Assembly: GCA_030704615.1 (NCBI GenBank)
Contig: CM060731.1
Location: 15,934,001-15,998,000 of the forward strand
Direction: 5' to 3'
Origin: Takakia lepidozioides
Taxonomy: Eukaryota; Plantae; Bryophyta
Length of the DNA: 64,000 nt
The stretch's first letter is position 1; each line of letters begins with the position of its first letter. The translations under genes and the position numbers were made by a program. The notes beneath the pieces are model-generated. The model was not told the DNA's origin and searched no databases. It saw only the letters and a list, made by a program, of their open reading frames with translations. Positions 13,181-25,459 of this stretch are shown one piece after another.

Positions 13181-16100
13181 GGTGAGCTCGCTTGTCCTCG
13201 TCTCTTCTCGTCTCCTCCTCGTCTCCTCCTTCGTGCATCATTTGCTCAACGCCTCCATCTCACGCCCCTGCATATCCTGCTATCATCGCGTTCCATCCCT
13301 CAGCTATGTGGTGTGGCGCAGGAGACAAAAAGACGCCAAGTCCCAGCCCTCCTTTCTGTTCACGATTACACTAATGGGCAACTTTATTAGCAAAAAAATT
13401 AACTTTTTTAAACCTAATGGGCAACCTTATTTGCATTATATGTGCCTTCAAAATGACACGTGTAGTGATGTAGTCGTATAAATAGAGCTCTGAAACCATC
13501 TTCAGTCATGGAGTCATAAGATTCCATGAAACGTCGTCCACATGTAGTCAAACATATCACACTAGTCATATAAACCATCCCTGTCATCATGGTCAACAAT
13601 GTTTGACCAATGCTCCCTAACTTTCCGGAGTCATGTAGTGATATCCATTACTACAAAGTCATAAAACTAAAACTGTAATGCATTTCAGCGCTCTGTGGTC
13701 ATGTACCTAGTGCAGTTTTTATGACTCCGCCAAACCCGTAGTCCTAAAAACGCTCATCTCTTGTAGTGCAGTCTGTGACATGGGAGAGGCCATCATGGAT
13801 GACCTCAAGGGTGGGTAAGTGCAAACTGTGATTGAGGACCCACTCTTCAGGTGTATGGTTGATTTGCAACGACGCAATGGCGTGAGCGTTGCACGTGAGC
13901 GTACGCTCACGCAGGAGTGACGTGGCGTGAGCGTACGCTCACGCCAGCTGACGTGGCGTGAGCCTGCACACACGCTGACGTGGCGTGAGCGTCATGTCAG
14001 CATGCTGATGTGGCGGTAAATGATGACGTGGCACTGTCCGTCAACTGCCACGTCAGCATTAACATGCGCCGCCTATAACCGTGGATGGTCCTATGACCGT
14101 GGAATTAATGCAGGGAATCTTGCCTAAATAGAAGCAAGACGAGCGTTGAGGCCTACAATTGCAGCATCCAACATTGTGCAATTACAAATGTTTGTTTCAC
14201 TTTTACAATTACGAAGACGACAAAATATCCTCACAAAGTGTGCGCCATAAAGGCTACCACGAGAAGACTTCCTCCCTCCTCAAATAACAATGAGAGTTAT
14301 GATCATCTTCAAAAGATGATTGTAGTGCATAGCGACAGCAAGACATGTAGACTTCGAACGGTGCAATGACAAATGTGCACTACCTAAAAGTTGTCACTCA
14401 GACCTCACTCCGTATAGTTGGAGGCCATATCATTGCACAGCCGACGAATTGATGTGAATTACACATTTCAAATCATGGTCATCCAAATACCACATTACAT
14501 AGTTCATGCTACCCATGTGTTGTATCCCGCTGCAAAAGAGTATCGACCTCGTTGAAACTCATAGTGGCCTGGTGAATGAAATTGTCACGTTTGGGATCGC
14601 AAACCATCCTCCTCAAAAATATGAAATACAAATGTTTGCAGGGTATGAATTTACCTCTCTTGCCCAAACTGGTTGATAGCATATTCACAAAATCAGGACA
14701 TGTGCAATTGGGGAAATTGGAAACCGTGATGTCGTAGGTCCTGTCATGAACAGCAGATGTGGAAGTGATGATTGTGAATACCCGACCATATCCTGGATCG
14801 GGTACTTCCGTGGTGCTTCCGACACGAGCTTGGAGCATTCTTGCGGACTCCACTTTGCCAAAGTGTTCAGCGGTTGGAGGGAAACGCCGAACGAGCTTTC
14901 CATCTCGTTTGGTTGGCCACAAGTCAGGATTTGTCGGTGGGACCCGGGAGGACGCAGAAGTAGTAGCACATGCATGGAGTTGGGGTTGTCTCGCAAGGGA
15001 AAAACCTGCCTCCTCCAGCATTTCAATCTCCTGAAAGCTGAGATGTGTTCCCACCTTCACGGGCCAAACGGTTGGAGGAGATGGCTTCATCACTACGGAA
15101 GGACGCACAGTTCCATGCACACATCTGGTACAATCATCTACGCAGAACCAGAACTTGTGGTTCTTGGCTTCTGGTTGACCGTATGGACGCATCAAGCCCG
15201 TGAAAGTCGGAGCAGGAGTTCGGGCACCACCTCTGGATATAGATGAAGTGCACTTCTCGAAATTAGTTGCCCTGATCGCTGTACATTTCACACGAGACCT
15301 GACACTTGTGCGTTCTATGTGCCAAACGTGGTCGAGGCATGCGGACTCAAGCACATCAAGGGGTTGTTTCTCTCCTGCACCATTTCAGTGGCACGGTTTG
15401 ATGCTGGAGCTTGCCGTCGTGTTGGAGGTTCCTCCACAATGGAGGTTCCGGACATGGAGCTGTCATGCAGGGGAACACGAGGCTTCGAGAAGTTATCACG
15501 GTCTGCCCTGTGGGAATCTGAATCCGAACCAGGTGGAGTGTTCAATTTCCTCTTACAGGAGCCGAATCTCTCCTCCCCTTCAAGATGTGGAACTCTAGAA
15601 ACAAGTGGCGTTCCCTGGGCATACATGCTCACCGCCCGTGCTATCTTGATTGGATCCCCAGATCTGTTTGCAGCACGCAACATCAACTCCCATTTGTCCG
15701 GACCCTTGCCATCAACCCCACCTCGTAAGAAATCACGGTATCGGGTTTGTTGTTGCAAGGCACATATCAAATCATCTGTTGTTGCCACATACAAATCCCG
15801 ACCTCGTTTCCCAGACTGCTGCAACCATGCATTGTGCACAGTTTTCTGCCAAATTGCAAGATGGCATGTCCGCCATTTCCTCAATGGACATGTTCTGCAA
15901 AGAGGATAACCACACTTCAGAATAGTGCACAGGAAACAACATAAAGAAAGCAATGAGCCAAAAATATGGAAAGCAAATGTATGAATAAAGCATGAAATAG
16001 AAGCCTCGTACCATTGTCATGGCTGCTCCCCACTGTCTATACCGGAAGTGCCAAAACGCCAGCCAATCTTCCAATGCTCTCATACTCTCAAGTGATGCAG

Positions 16101-16776
16101 CTCCAGAAGAGAACCACCAGGCACGAATTGTCTGGAACAAAGTGTCTGCCTCCTTCATTGTTCTAGCATCTTTGTACTCTTTGCACAATTTACGGTGCTG
16201 AGTCTGCATCTCTGGTTTGATGTCCGACTTTGTATGTTTTTCCAGAGATTGTGTCCAATGGAATAGACATGTACGCTCTCTTCCTGGCATAGGCACTTTT
16301 GGGTCGCCCGATCCGAAGACAATACGAACAGCATTGAAATTTGCTTGAGCACTATCCGCCATGAAACCTGCGAAATTTGGAGATGGCAGCCCATGGCAGC
16401 CCATGACACGTATCAGGGAATTCCACATGAGCTTCTGGGATTCCGTATCCTCGGATTGCATGTCACAAACTGCAATTGTCATAACTCGTTGGTACACTGG
16501 ATCGTAGACATGACAAGCCATTGTCGTCCAATCCTTCACTCGTTTCACATGATCAAACATAAGAAAACAGTTCTGCAAGTCCCCAGTCTTCTGCATCCGC
16601 TTCACGAGGCTAACCCCACTGCCCTCCCCAACAGTCGACATTTTGAAAAGAAAAACTTTGATGGCACCTTGACCTGGGAATACATTGTCCTGGATGTAAT
16701 CGTACTTGCTCACTCGTTTCAATTCCAAAATATTGTCTATGTAGCCTCTGATCCCAGAGCCCATTCTCAATGCATT

Positions 16777-17132
16777 TGTCAAGTTAAATAAGCACAGTGT
16801 GAAAACAGCTAGAATAAAACTAGTTATTTGTATTTAACACTTGGATTTAGGTCAAGTGTTAAATCAGGTGTCAAGTTTAGTTTGACACCTGGTCCGTCTT
16901 ATCTTCACGAGAGCGGCAGTCGCGCGGCTCATCTTTCTCGAGTTGAGCCTGCGCGACCGAGCTCCTGCATCGTTTAGGACTGAGTGTGCTTATGATGGGA
17001 GTATAGGTTGTTGTGGGGTGGAGTCCCCATAGCTTGGGGTGCCCCTGGCTCGACTTCTGTTTTAACGAGTGATAGCGATGGATTTCATGTTGTTTCTGGT
17101 GTGAACAGTGTGTCTCTTAGCTTTTCTTATCA
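16777..17132 (+). repeat. Terminal repeat A1 (356 bp)
   Basis: Identical by eye to 28773-29128 (TGTCAAGTTAAATAAG...CTTTTCTTATCA). Confidence 0.95.
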
Positions 17133-18228
17133 CTCGAGAAAGATGACTCTATCTAGTTTTCCAGTGCTAAGCTAGATATGATGTTTTTGTTTTTGTTAAG
17201 CACTATTGTAATATAGCTTGGTCACAGGGATCAGAACAGGAGGCTTGAGATGATGCTGCGATTTTTGTCAACCTGTGGTTATATCTAAGAGTGGGGTGTG
17301 TAGGCTGCGCTGCTGACTGCTTGGCTAGATGAGAGCCATGCACCGCCGTAGGCGGGGAAGGCGTCAGCTGATCTGAAGAATCGAGCTGATTCTGCTGCCC
17401 GCACCAGCAAGAGGAATCTGGAGGATGGTACCGACCAGGCAGAGAATCTTGGCTCGACTATCCGACAGCAGGCTGAGAATCTGAAAGAAGCTGTCCTTGG
17501 CTCCACACCAAGGAGCGATGGCGAGGGAGCGAGGGAGCGATGGCGGTCTCGTTGCTGAGGCTGTGACGCTGCGCGCACCCTCCCGACGCTGACGACGCCT
17601 ATGGCCCCTTCTTGCAGCCCGCGCTCTTCTCGACGAGTACTGACGCAGCCGGTGATCGAGCATTCCATCAGCTTGACCAGGGCGCATCTTATGGGGCTGT
17701 GTATGCGGTCTCAGACACTATCAGAAGGGGAAGACAAAGAAGAGGACCTGGAATTGGAGCCAACAGAAGGTCAGCTTTCTTTAATCCATTTAGAGAGCTA
17801 CTCCGCTGGCCTCTTTGGGTGGGATTGACAATTAGTAGGGGTTATCAGACGATAGCCCACCGCCACGAGCTTCTTTTGTGAACGTTCCGCACCTCCCAGA
17901 AGTGGTGGAAATTTGGCGGGACTTGATGAGCATAAGTCCTTCTCACCTTGCGCCAACTTGTTTGAAGTATGGGGAGTAGTTCGCACCAGACCCGATCTGA
18001 ATGAAGAAGCACTGTTCTGGTGTTAAGTTTAGGAACTATCCGTGGTAAATATGATGACATGGGAATGCAAGAGAACTGGAAGAAACGACGAAGGTGAGTA
18101 AGCTGGGTGCACGACTGAAAGTGGGAGTTACCTGCTGGAGATGAGAGAAGCTTAATCTGTTTTAGAAGTCCATGGACGCCAGCTTGAAGGTCTAACACTG
18201 GTATTACAATACTGGTGTTGAACGGGCT

Positions 18229-18714
18229 GTGCAACTTGTGGCAGCCTCCTCTTTAGAAACACCAAAGCATACCAATATTTTGAAGCTTCTACTTGATGGA
18301 GCAGTGGCTGGAGCCACGGCAGGCGTAGTTGTGGAGACAGCCCTGTACCCGATTGACACCATAAAGACCCGCCTTCAGGCAGCGCGGTGTGGTGGGGGGA
18401 TAGTGTTCAAGGGCCTATACTCAGGTCTTTCCGGCAATCTTGCTGGTGTTTTGCCGACATCAGCTATATTTGTTGGAGTGTACGAACCCTTAAAGCGCAA
18501 GCTGCTGGAGATCTTCCCAGATCACCTCAGCTCTGTTGCACATCTGACAGCGGGAGCTTCAGGAGGTGCAGTAGCATCGCTGGTTCGGGTGCCCACTGAG
18601 GTAGTGAAGCAAAGGATGCAAACAGGGCAGTTTGCCTCAGCCCCTGGAGCAGTGCGAGGAATTGTGGCCAAGGAAGGTTTGCGGGGTCTCTACGCAGGAT
18701 TTGGATCATTTCTG
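18229..18714 (+). pseudogene. SAMC1: Intronless, 3'-truncated copy of S-adenosylmethionine carrier (mitochondrial carrier family) captured in the retroelement
   Basis: GAVAGATAGVVVETALYPIDTIKTRLQAAR...GLYSGL.GNLAGVLP.SA.FVGVYEP.K.KLL..FPDHLS.VAHLTAGA.GG..ASL.RVPTEVVKQRMQTGQF.SAP.AVR closely matches plant SAMC1/2. Two Px(D/E)xxK carrier signatures are present; homology stops at GLYAGFGSFL. Confidence 0.88.
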
Positions 18715-19925
18715 AATGGCAATCAGCTTGATGGAAGCAGATCTTGGATTGTCTTCTATCTCAACCGGGGTCTGCCCTGCTAGGTACTTACAACAGTCCC
18801 GGCGCACGTTCACCATCAGATTACCGCAATGCAGGTCAATAGTCAATACGGATTAAGGAAATTCCATGTGGCCATGGAGGTCAAGACACATTGAGTTACT
18901 GGGTTGCAAGACACATTGCCGCCACATTGAAACCAGTGGGGCATTCTGCGGTCAGAGACTGTCGGTCGATTGGCAAAAGTGTAGGTGAACCCGTGTACCG
19001 TCTACGGTGTCTTTTCTCTGTTGTCGCCACCTTATCAGCGCGCTTGTTCCACAACACAGAGCGCATGTTACAATCAACAGCAAACGCAAGAACCTGCAGC
19101 TCATCGACATAGACAAACGCATCAGTGCCGACGGCTTTCTCCCCCGTAACTGGAATGGGCCGGGGACCCGCAAGCTCCAGTGCTTCCCGCTGGTAATCCT
19201 CCTCAGTGAGTTTATCGTTAGCCACCAAGGCCTCGAACAGACTGTGAGTGACCCCTCGCCTGTACATGGCGTCCATAAACATGTCTTTCCTCCCCCTCTC
19301 TTGGTGCGCAAGCCTGCAAGCAATCCCGGAATGTTGACACCACTCTCTCTCACAGCAAGACACTATTGAGTGCCACAGTTCCCTCTCTCTCTCTCTCTCT
19401 CTCTCACTCTCGGTATGCAGAAGACTGGAGCAAGGTGCGAATTATAGGGCACGTGGCCAGGGAACCTAGGAAACCATATAGAACGTAGGGAACTGGGAAC
19501 CAGTTACCATATAGTTTGGGTAACTTTAAATTTTTAAATTTGAAAACCTTCAAAAAAAAAAAAAAAAAAAACAGGGCATTTTGATCTAATTTAAATGATG
19601 TAAAGCCAAATTGGTCATATCTTTGTCAAATGGACTCTGTTTGACCCAGTTTTTGAGGGGGATAGCTGCAGAAAGGGGAAATCTACCTACCTAGACCTGG
19701 TTTCTGTTTTTGGGACTCTGCTAAAAATCTATGGAATTTTTAGAGTGTGAGTGTGCCATAAAAGATCCACAATCCTGTCTCTAGAACCTGTGCTGGTCTA
19801 TATGAGAGACAAATCTGTGGATGTACTCCTTGCATGGCTGGGGGAAATGAGGACGTAATTGAAGGGCAGGTCTCTTCTGCACACAAGGGGACAGGATTTA
19901 TGTTTCCCAAGGAACTCAGACTGAT

Positions 19926-22900
19926 TTGAGTGGAGAACAGTTGGACGAGTTGATTGCATACTGGGAGTCAGGCATTAGCAGTAGACAACAGACTGCTGTA
20001 GTTGGCATTGAGGGCCTCAATATCGCCTTGGACAGTCAGAACTCTGTTGGAGCCAGCAGTTCTGCAGCTGTAGGTGAAATACCGAAGTGGGTGAAAGCTA
20101 GGCTTGGAACACAGCCAAAGACAGCCCCGGGACCAAGGTGTTCAGTCACAAGGCCGTGGTGTACTGGAGCAGAGGAGCAGGAGCTACACAAGTTTGTGCA
20201 ATCAGACATGGTTGCAGCCGGATACGCTCTGCACAGGGCAACCCGAGCGGGGGTTCATCAGCAATGACATGTTTGTTGTGCGTGAAGGAGATGCAGTCAT
20301 TTCGCAATGAGGACACTCGCAACCGTCTCAAAGCTTTTGAGTTGAGAGACTATCATACCCTACCTTTGTTTTCTTTAGTGTTCAGTGAGCGGGAGATAGG
20401 GGAGTATTGCTTTGTCTCTACCTGGCAGAAAGAGGAGAGGGTTGGTTAGAGCGAGCTACGACAAGGTTAGTGGCAGGTTTCTGGACATAGATATACCACC
20501 TCCTACACCTTACCATCATGCAGAGCGAGGCACTTTGAGAGAAGTCTGGCAGTTGATAGCATAGATCAGGATTAGATCTTGCTTGGTCGGGCTTCTATTC
20601 TTCCCCTCCATCTCTGTACTATTTCATTACCTTACCTTGTACTTGTAGTTGCCAAAGCCTCTCTTTGGTGGAGGCCAGTCAGTCCGGGGTTTTTGGGCTG
20701 GGATATTCTGCAGGATCAGCATTGCAGCTGGATTTTGTTGTGGGGGTGTTGATGTTTTGATTTCTTGTGTTTGGATCCCCCCCAACACCTGCATGCTTGA
20801 CTGTGCGCCATGTTGGTTTTGTGTGGGCGCTTGCTTTCATAGGGATTAGGCCGGATTTGATCACCGTCAATCCTAGAGTATGCTGTCGGTGGTGAGGCTG
20901 GAGTGATGACCAGCAAGAACCACCAGTGTTTGTTCTATGGTGAGGCTGGGTTGATGACCAGCCAACCATAGGAGTTCTTGCGGTGGATGCAGGTGCAGGT
21001 GCCCTGAGCCATTGGATATGACCCTTAAACTGCAACAGGTGCCCCACCCGTGTCACTATTACATTAGTACTAGAGCCTTATAGTGTCACGTGGAGAGGTG
21101 CACATTGTGAGTGTCATTACGGAGTTACCCAAGGGTTTTGAGGGGAGTACGGCTACAGGCAGTAACAGTGAGAGTGGGTTCACAAGACGAGGTATTTGGT
21201 TCAGACCACCTCACCGCCACCCCCCTCAATTACTGTAGAGTCAGACACAGACTCGGAGGCTTCATCAACAGGTGTGCACTTTCATTCGCCATTGTTTGTG
21301 GGACGACATGGAGGAGATGTATGGAGCTACCAAGGGGCCTCGTAGGTACTCTGGAGCTGTGGGCACAATCGAGTTTGGATGACTTATTCAGGAGTTCGAT
21401 AGCTGGTGTGATTTGCAGCAGATGCGCAATCCACAGCTATTCACCCCATCATGGCGTGGAAGGGACTGTTCCAGCATTTGGAAGGCCCGCCTATGGACGA
21501 TTACCACGAGTTCAGGCGAGGACATGAAGCAGAGATTGAGGAGTGGAGGATTGTTTGGTCACCTGACTACGTCTCCATTACTCGAGGCACGACGCGACCA
21601 GTAGCTGCATCAGTACCAATAGCTCCCACTGCCAGCACTAGTAGTGGAGCAGTAGTGCTGGTACTTCTGCAGGTGGTACCAGTTCAAAAGGTGCTACTAC
21701 TCCTCCTGCCACAACTACAACACATGTGCCTAGATTCAACCCGGTGGTGAGTTCTTCCAGGATTGCGGAGGAATTACCAAGGTGTACGGACAGAGAAACT
21801 GCGAAGTTTTGCAAGACTTCCAGCGCAAACCCAGTGAGAGCCGCGAGAGGCGTACACTCGTATGAGGCTCTTGATAAGTGTGACCCAGGGTTACTGAAGC
21901 TCAGGCAATCCAGTTTGGGTATGGAATTCTAGACAAGGAGCTCAAAGAAGGGTGGCGAGATGCAACCCTGTTACAAGCAAGCCCAACCCACCTTAGCAGA
22001 TGTGTTCTGCTGGCTGAGCGGATTGAGCTCAACATGGTGGAGGAGCGAGTTGTTTACAATTGGATTTGGCAAGGACATGCCTGTACTGGCCACAGCTGTC
22101 AGCCCACAGGCACAGGGACTGCCCAACCACGTGGTCAGGGGGGCAAGGTTGTCTAGCCCAAGTTCCATGGAGCTTACACAGGGGACCTCAGGTGCAGAGG
22201 CCCGTGGCATCTTTTTGCAGGCCAACAGCAACCAGGGGTGATATGTTGGACATTGTGAGGACCCCATGTCAAAAGAGATTGCCCAGAGAATGGCAGAAGG
22301 CCGGCACAAGCACAGCCTGCACAGTTGCAGTGTGGGCATTGTGGCAAGTATGGGCATGTAGATGCCCATGTTATGACTTGCATCCTGAGTTGCGCCCATG
22401 CCAGTTCCAAGGGAACACTGTTGGCCGGGGGCAAGGTGACTTAAGCCCAAAGAGGACGAGGTGGTCGGCACGAGGTGTGCAGGCCAAGGGCAAGCTCCAC
22501 ATGGCCAAGTACGCGGAGGTCAGGGTTGTTGACCAAGGCATGCCAATCGGCTTCAGCAGCTGAGCAGAGGCTCGCTGCCATGGCTATAGCTCAGGCGGAC
22601 CCCGTCTCCCAGGCTGGATGTCCACCTCCTGCTCCTGAGGGAGGAGATATGGGAGGCATGGGATTCATGTGCGGAGCAGCACTACCACTAGAGCAGGTGG
22701 AGTCTGCTGCAGCCGTGACTCGAGGAGCAGCACGAGTTTCCGGAGGCCACGAGGTGCAGAGGTGGAGTTGGATCCACAACGGGGGAGGCAAGCCGTCGGC
22801 GAGGCTGCCTCAGTCCATTCACCTTGGCGGAGACAGTGTCAACGCCATCCATGCACCTAGTTCTCTCCCGACTGTACCGAGGCGGAGGTTACCTATGCCA

Positions 22901-23290
22901 TTGGGGAGAGCTACACGATGCAGCACTGACACCTGCTACCAAGGCTAGTGCAGCCGGTGTGTTATTGGGGGCAGCCACCTCTGTGTGTCAAGCCCCACTG
23001 TTCTCGGTCACCATGATTGCGACGCCGGGGGTGAGACCAGCTGCAGTGTTCAACTAGCAGCAACTCTCTGTGAGAGTGGGGAGGTCCTCTTCACTTTCAT
23101 CTTCTGCGGAGTTATGGAAGGTATAGGTGGCAGAGGGATCCTCGGATTTGAGGGTCAAGACTGCCACGGCTGCGCCATGGCAAGTTGCAGCTGCAAGTTG
23201 ACGGAGCTGCCAGCTAGGCCAGCCATTGAGCGCGCCATGGTGACACCTGGAGTTGTCTTGTAGACAACCAGGAGGCATTTTCACTTTGAG
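19926..23290 (+). pseudogene. gag-like region of the retroelement, heavily frameshifted, with two CCHC zinc knuckles
   Basis: QCGHCGKYGHVDA(H)CYDLHPELRP at ~22328-22397 (one frameshift) and a CWT.CEDPHVKRDCP-like knuckle at ~22245-22285, located upstream of the protease. Boundaries are uncertain. Confidence 0.55.
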
Positions 23291-23299
23291 TGGACCGGC

Positions 23300-23650
23300 A
23301 GGCAAGAAGTACCGGCCACTGCGGGTCTTGTTGGACGCAGGAGCTCAGCCATTTTTCTGCTGGGCAGAGCTGCTATTGCAGGTTTGGGCCTCATGGAGGC
23401 GGATATGGAGCCTTGCCCTTTCCAGATACAGACATCTCTGGGAGGATCAGAGCAGGCTCGCGGCATGACACGGCATCAGTTGGCTATTAGACTGCAGCCG
23501 GATCATCCTGTAGATGGCTCAGTGATGCGAGCCAAGGCCATTGTGACAGACGCGGTCTCTTACGATGTCCTTGTTGGTGGGGCAGTGTTATACCCCATGG
23601 GCTTCACCCTGGATTTTGGGAGGAGTCAGCATCCTACAGGCCTGGATGGC
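23300..23650 (+). pseudogene. Retroviral-type aspartic protease domain
   Basis: LRVLLDAGAQP (D-[STA]-G-A motif) followed by ...SYDVLVGGAVLYPMGFTLD (ILG.D-like motif); frameshifted. Confidence 0.8.
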
Positions 23651-24039
23651 AGTCAGGGGATGGTCGCCGTGCACAGCTCCCTGTGACATTCATTGGGGGT
23701 ATTGCAGCTGCCCAGCGGGGCAAGATGCCAACACTAGCCGCCTTCACAGTTGCCGTTAGTTGGCCTGGAGAGTTGCTGGAAGGCAATGCCCATGCAGAGG
23801 ATGTGCCACCTCCAGCAGAGCAGGATGACATGCATGGTACGGCGGAGTTGCCTGCCATGGTTGCTCACACTCCGTTGTGGGATACGAGCAAGGATTTGCA
23901 GCAGCTGCTAGATGGACGGGTGCAACAAGCTTGGGAAGAAGCTTTTGTACCGTCAGGAGAGGAGGAGAGTGCGGTGATTGCACCAGGGCCACCTCAGTTG
24001 TCGCCATTGGACACCACACCTCTGTGTGGCAGCGGCCGG

Positions 24040-24990
24040 ATGAAGGCATTTGCCTTCTGGACTTGTTTGGCGGGATCAGCACCGGATTGGCTGCTGCTGC
24101 TACAGGCAGGTGTGCGGGTAAGGCGTTACCTGTATGTGGAGAGGGATGAGACTGCACGACGCGTCTCACTGCGCCATGTGGCTCAGTTGGTACAGCAGTA
24201 CCCTGACTTGTTGCCTGTGTCTGCAGTTCGTGGATACCAACAAGCCTTGCCAGCAGACATTTCCTTGTTGGGGCGCAAGATTTGGAGCAGGTTGGCTCCA
24301 TTGATCTGATAGTGGCAGGTTGGCCCTGCCAAGGGCATTCATCAGCCGGGCATGGCAATGGATTGCGAGACTCGAGGACGGGTCTGTTTTGGGAGATGGT
24401 GCGGATTTTGCGCTGCTTGCAGCTTCATCAAGCTGTATCTCCAGCATACATCTTGGAGAATGTACACTGATGGGTGATTCTCGGGCCAGGGTGATGGCCA
24501 GTGTGCATCAAGTCCGTCGTGGCTTGGGTCAGCAGTGTTGCTGGATGCAGCTGCAGTGGGGTCACGGGCTCATCGTCCACGACTATGGTGGACTAACTTG
24601 ATGCCACCCGCACTGCTCAAGCGTGCATTTGATGGGGTGCAGCGGCCAGCACACCTCACCGTGGATGGCATTTTGGACACAGGAAGGCAGTCTCAACGTG
24701 TGAGACACGATGACCGTTCGCCTTTGGCAGTGGTCAACAGGGTGGGTCAACCACGAGCAGCATTACCTACACTGCTCAGCTTCCCAGGATCCCATGCTTT
24801 TTCGGGATGGTGGACCTGGCCTCCTGTGGGATGCTCAGTTGCAGCAGTTAGTGGAGCCTAATGCCGACGAGCGAGAGCGGGCTATGGGGTTTTCCACTGG
24901 GACCACGGCGGTGCCTTCTCTTTCTGAGGCATCACGTCGTCAGGTGTTGGGGCAAGCAATGGATCTCAATTGCTTGACCTGGATTGTCAG
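24040..24990 (+). pseudogene. C5 cytosine DNA methyltransferase domain inside the pol region
   Basis: Motifs in canonical order across frameshifts: I LLDLFGGISTG, II YLYVERD, III ADI, IV DLIVAGWPCQGHS, VI YILENV, VIII SRAHRPRLWW, IX ERERAMGF, X VLGQAMD. Confidence 0.92.
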
Positions 24991-25459
24991 CTTGGCTATG
25001 GCTGAGCAACGTAGAGTGCGGAGTGCACTTCCCTTGACGGTCTCTCTGCCTACCGAGACGGTACAGCAGCCGTGGGGGCGAGCTGGTGAGGACCACGAGG
25101 TGTAGACATCCATGGCACATGTGGGAGGTGCTCGAGGGTCAGAGGGAGTTGGCAGCGAAGGCAGCTGTGATGGATGAGGTTGGGGATTCTTCTCGGGATG
25201 AGGAGGTTCTCAATGATGAGACGATGGGGCAGGATGAGGCCTGTCATTGACTGAGCAGGAAGGGGGTACTGCTCAAGAGGTTGCAGCATAGCAACCACGG
25301 GACGCGTCCTCTACCTCTAAGCCCACTGGACTTAAGGTTGCAGTTACGGAGGACAATTGGGAGCCTGACATTGGACCCATTGTCACCGGAGGAGAGAGAC
25401 GACGTATACGGCGGTTCCTGAGGGCTTATAGGAATTGCTGTGCTTCAGTTTGAAAGGAC

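Larger units (their letters stand above)
1266..13768. mobile_element. CACTA (En/Spm) DNA transposon, 12.5 kb, complete ends
   Basis: Left end CACTACAACAGATGAGCGTTTTTATGACT (1266) matches the reverse complement of the right end CACTACAAGAGATGAGCGTTTTTAGGACT (ends 13768) at 27/29. 3-bp TSD CAG at 1263-1265 and 13769-13771. Subterminal repeats and TnpD/TnpA-like ORFs lie inside. Confidence 0.95.

Noticed and set aside
18229-18783. Functional host SAM carrier gene
   Set aside because: Intronless, lacks the last third of the carrier and a clear ATG, and lies inside a retroelement.
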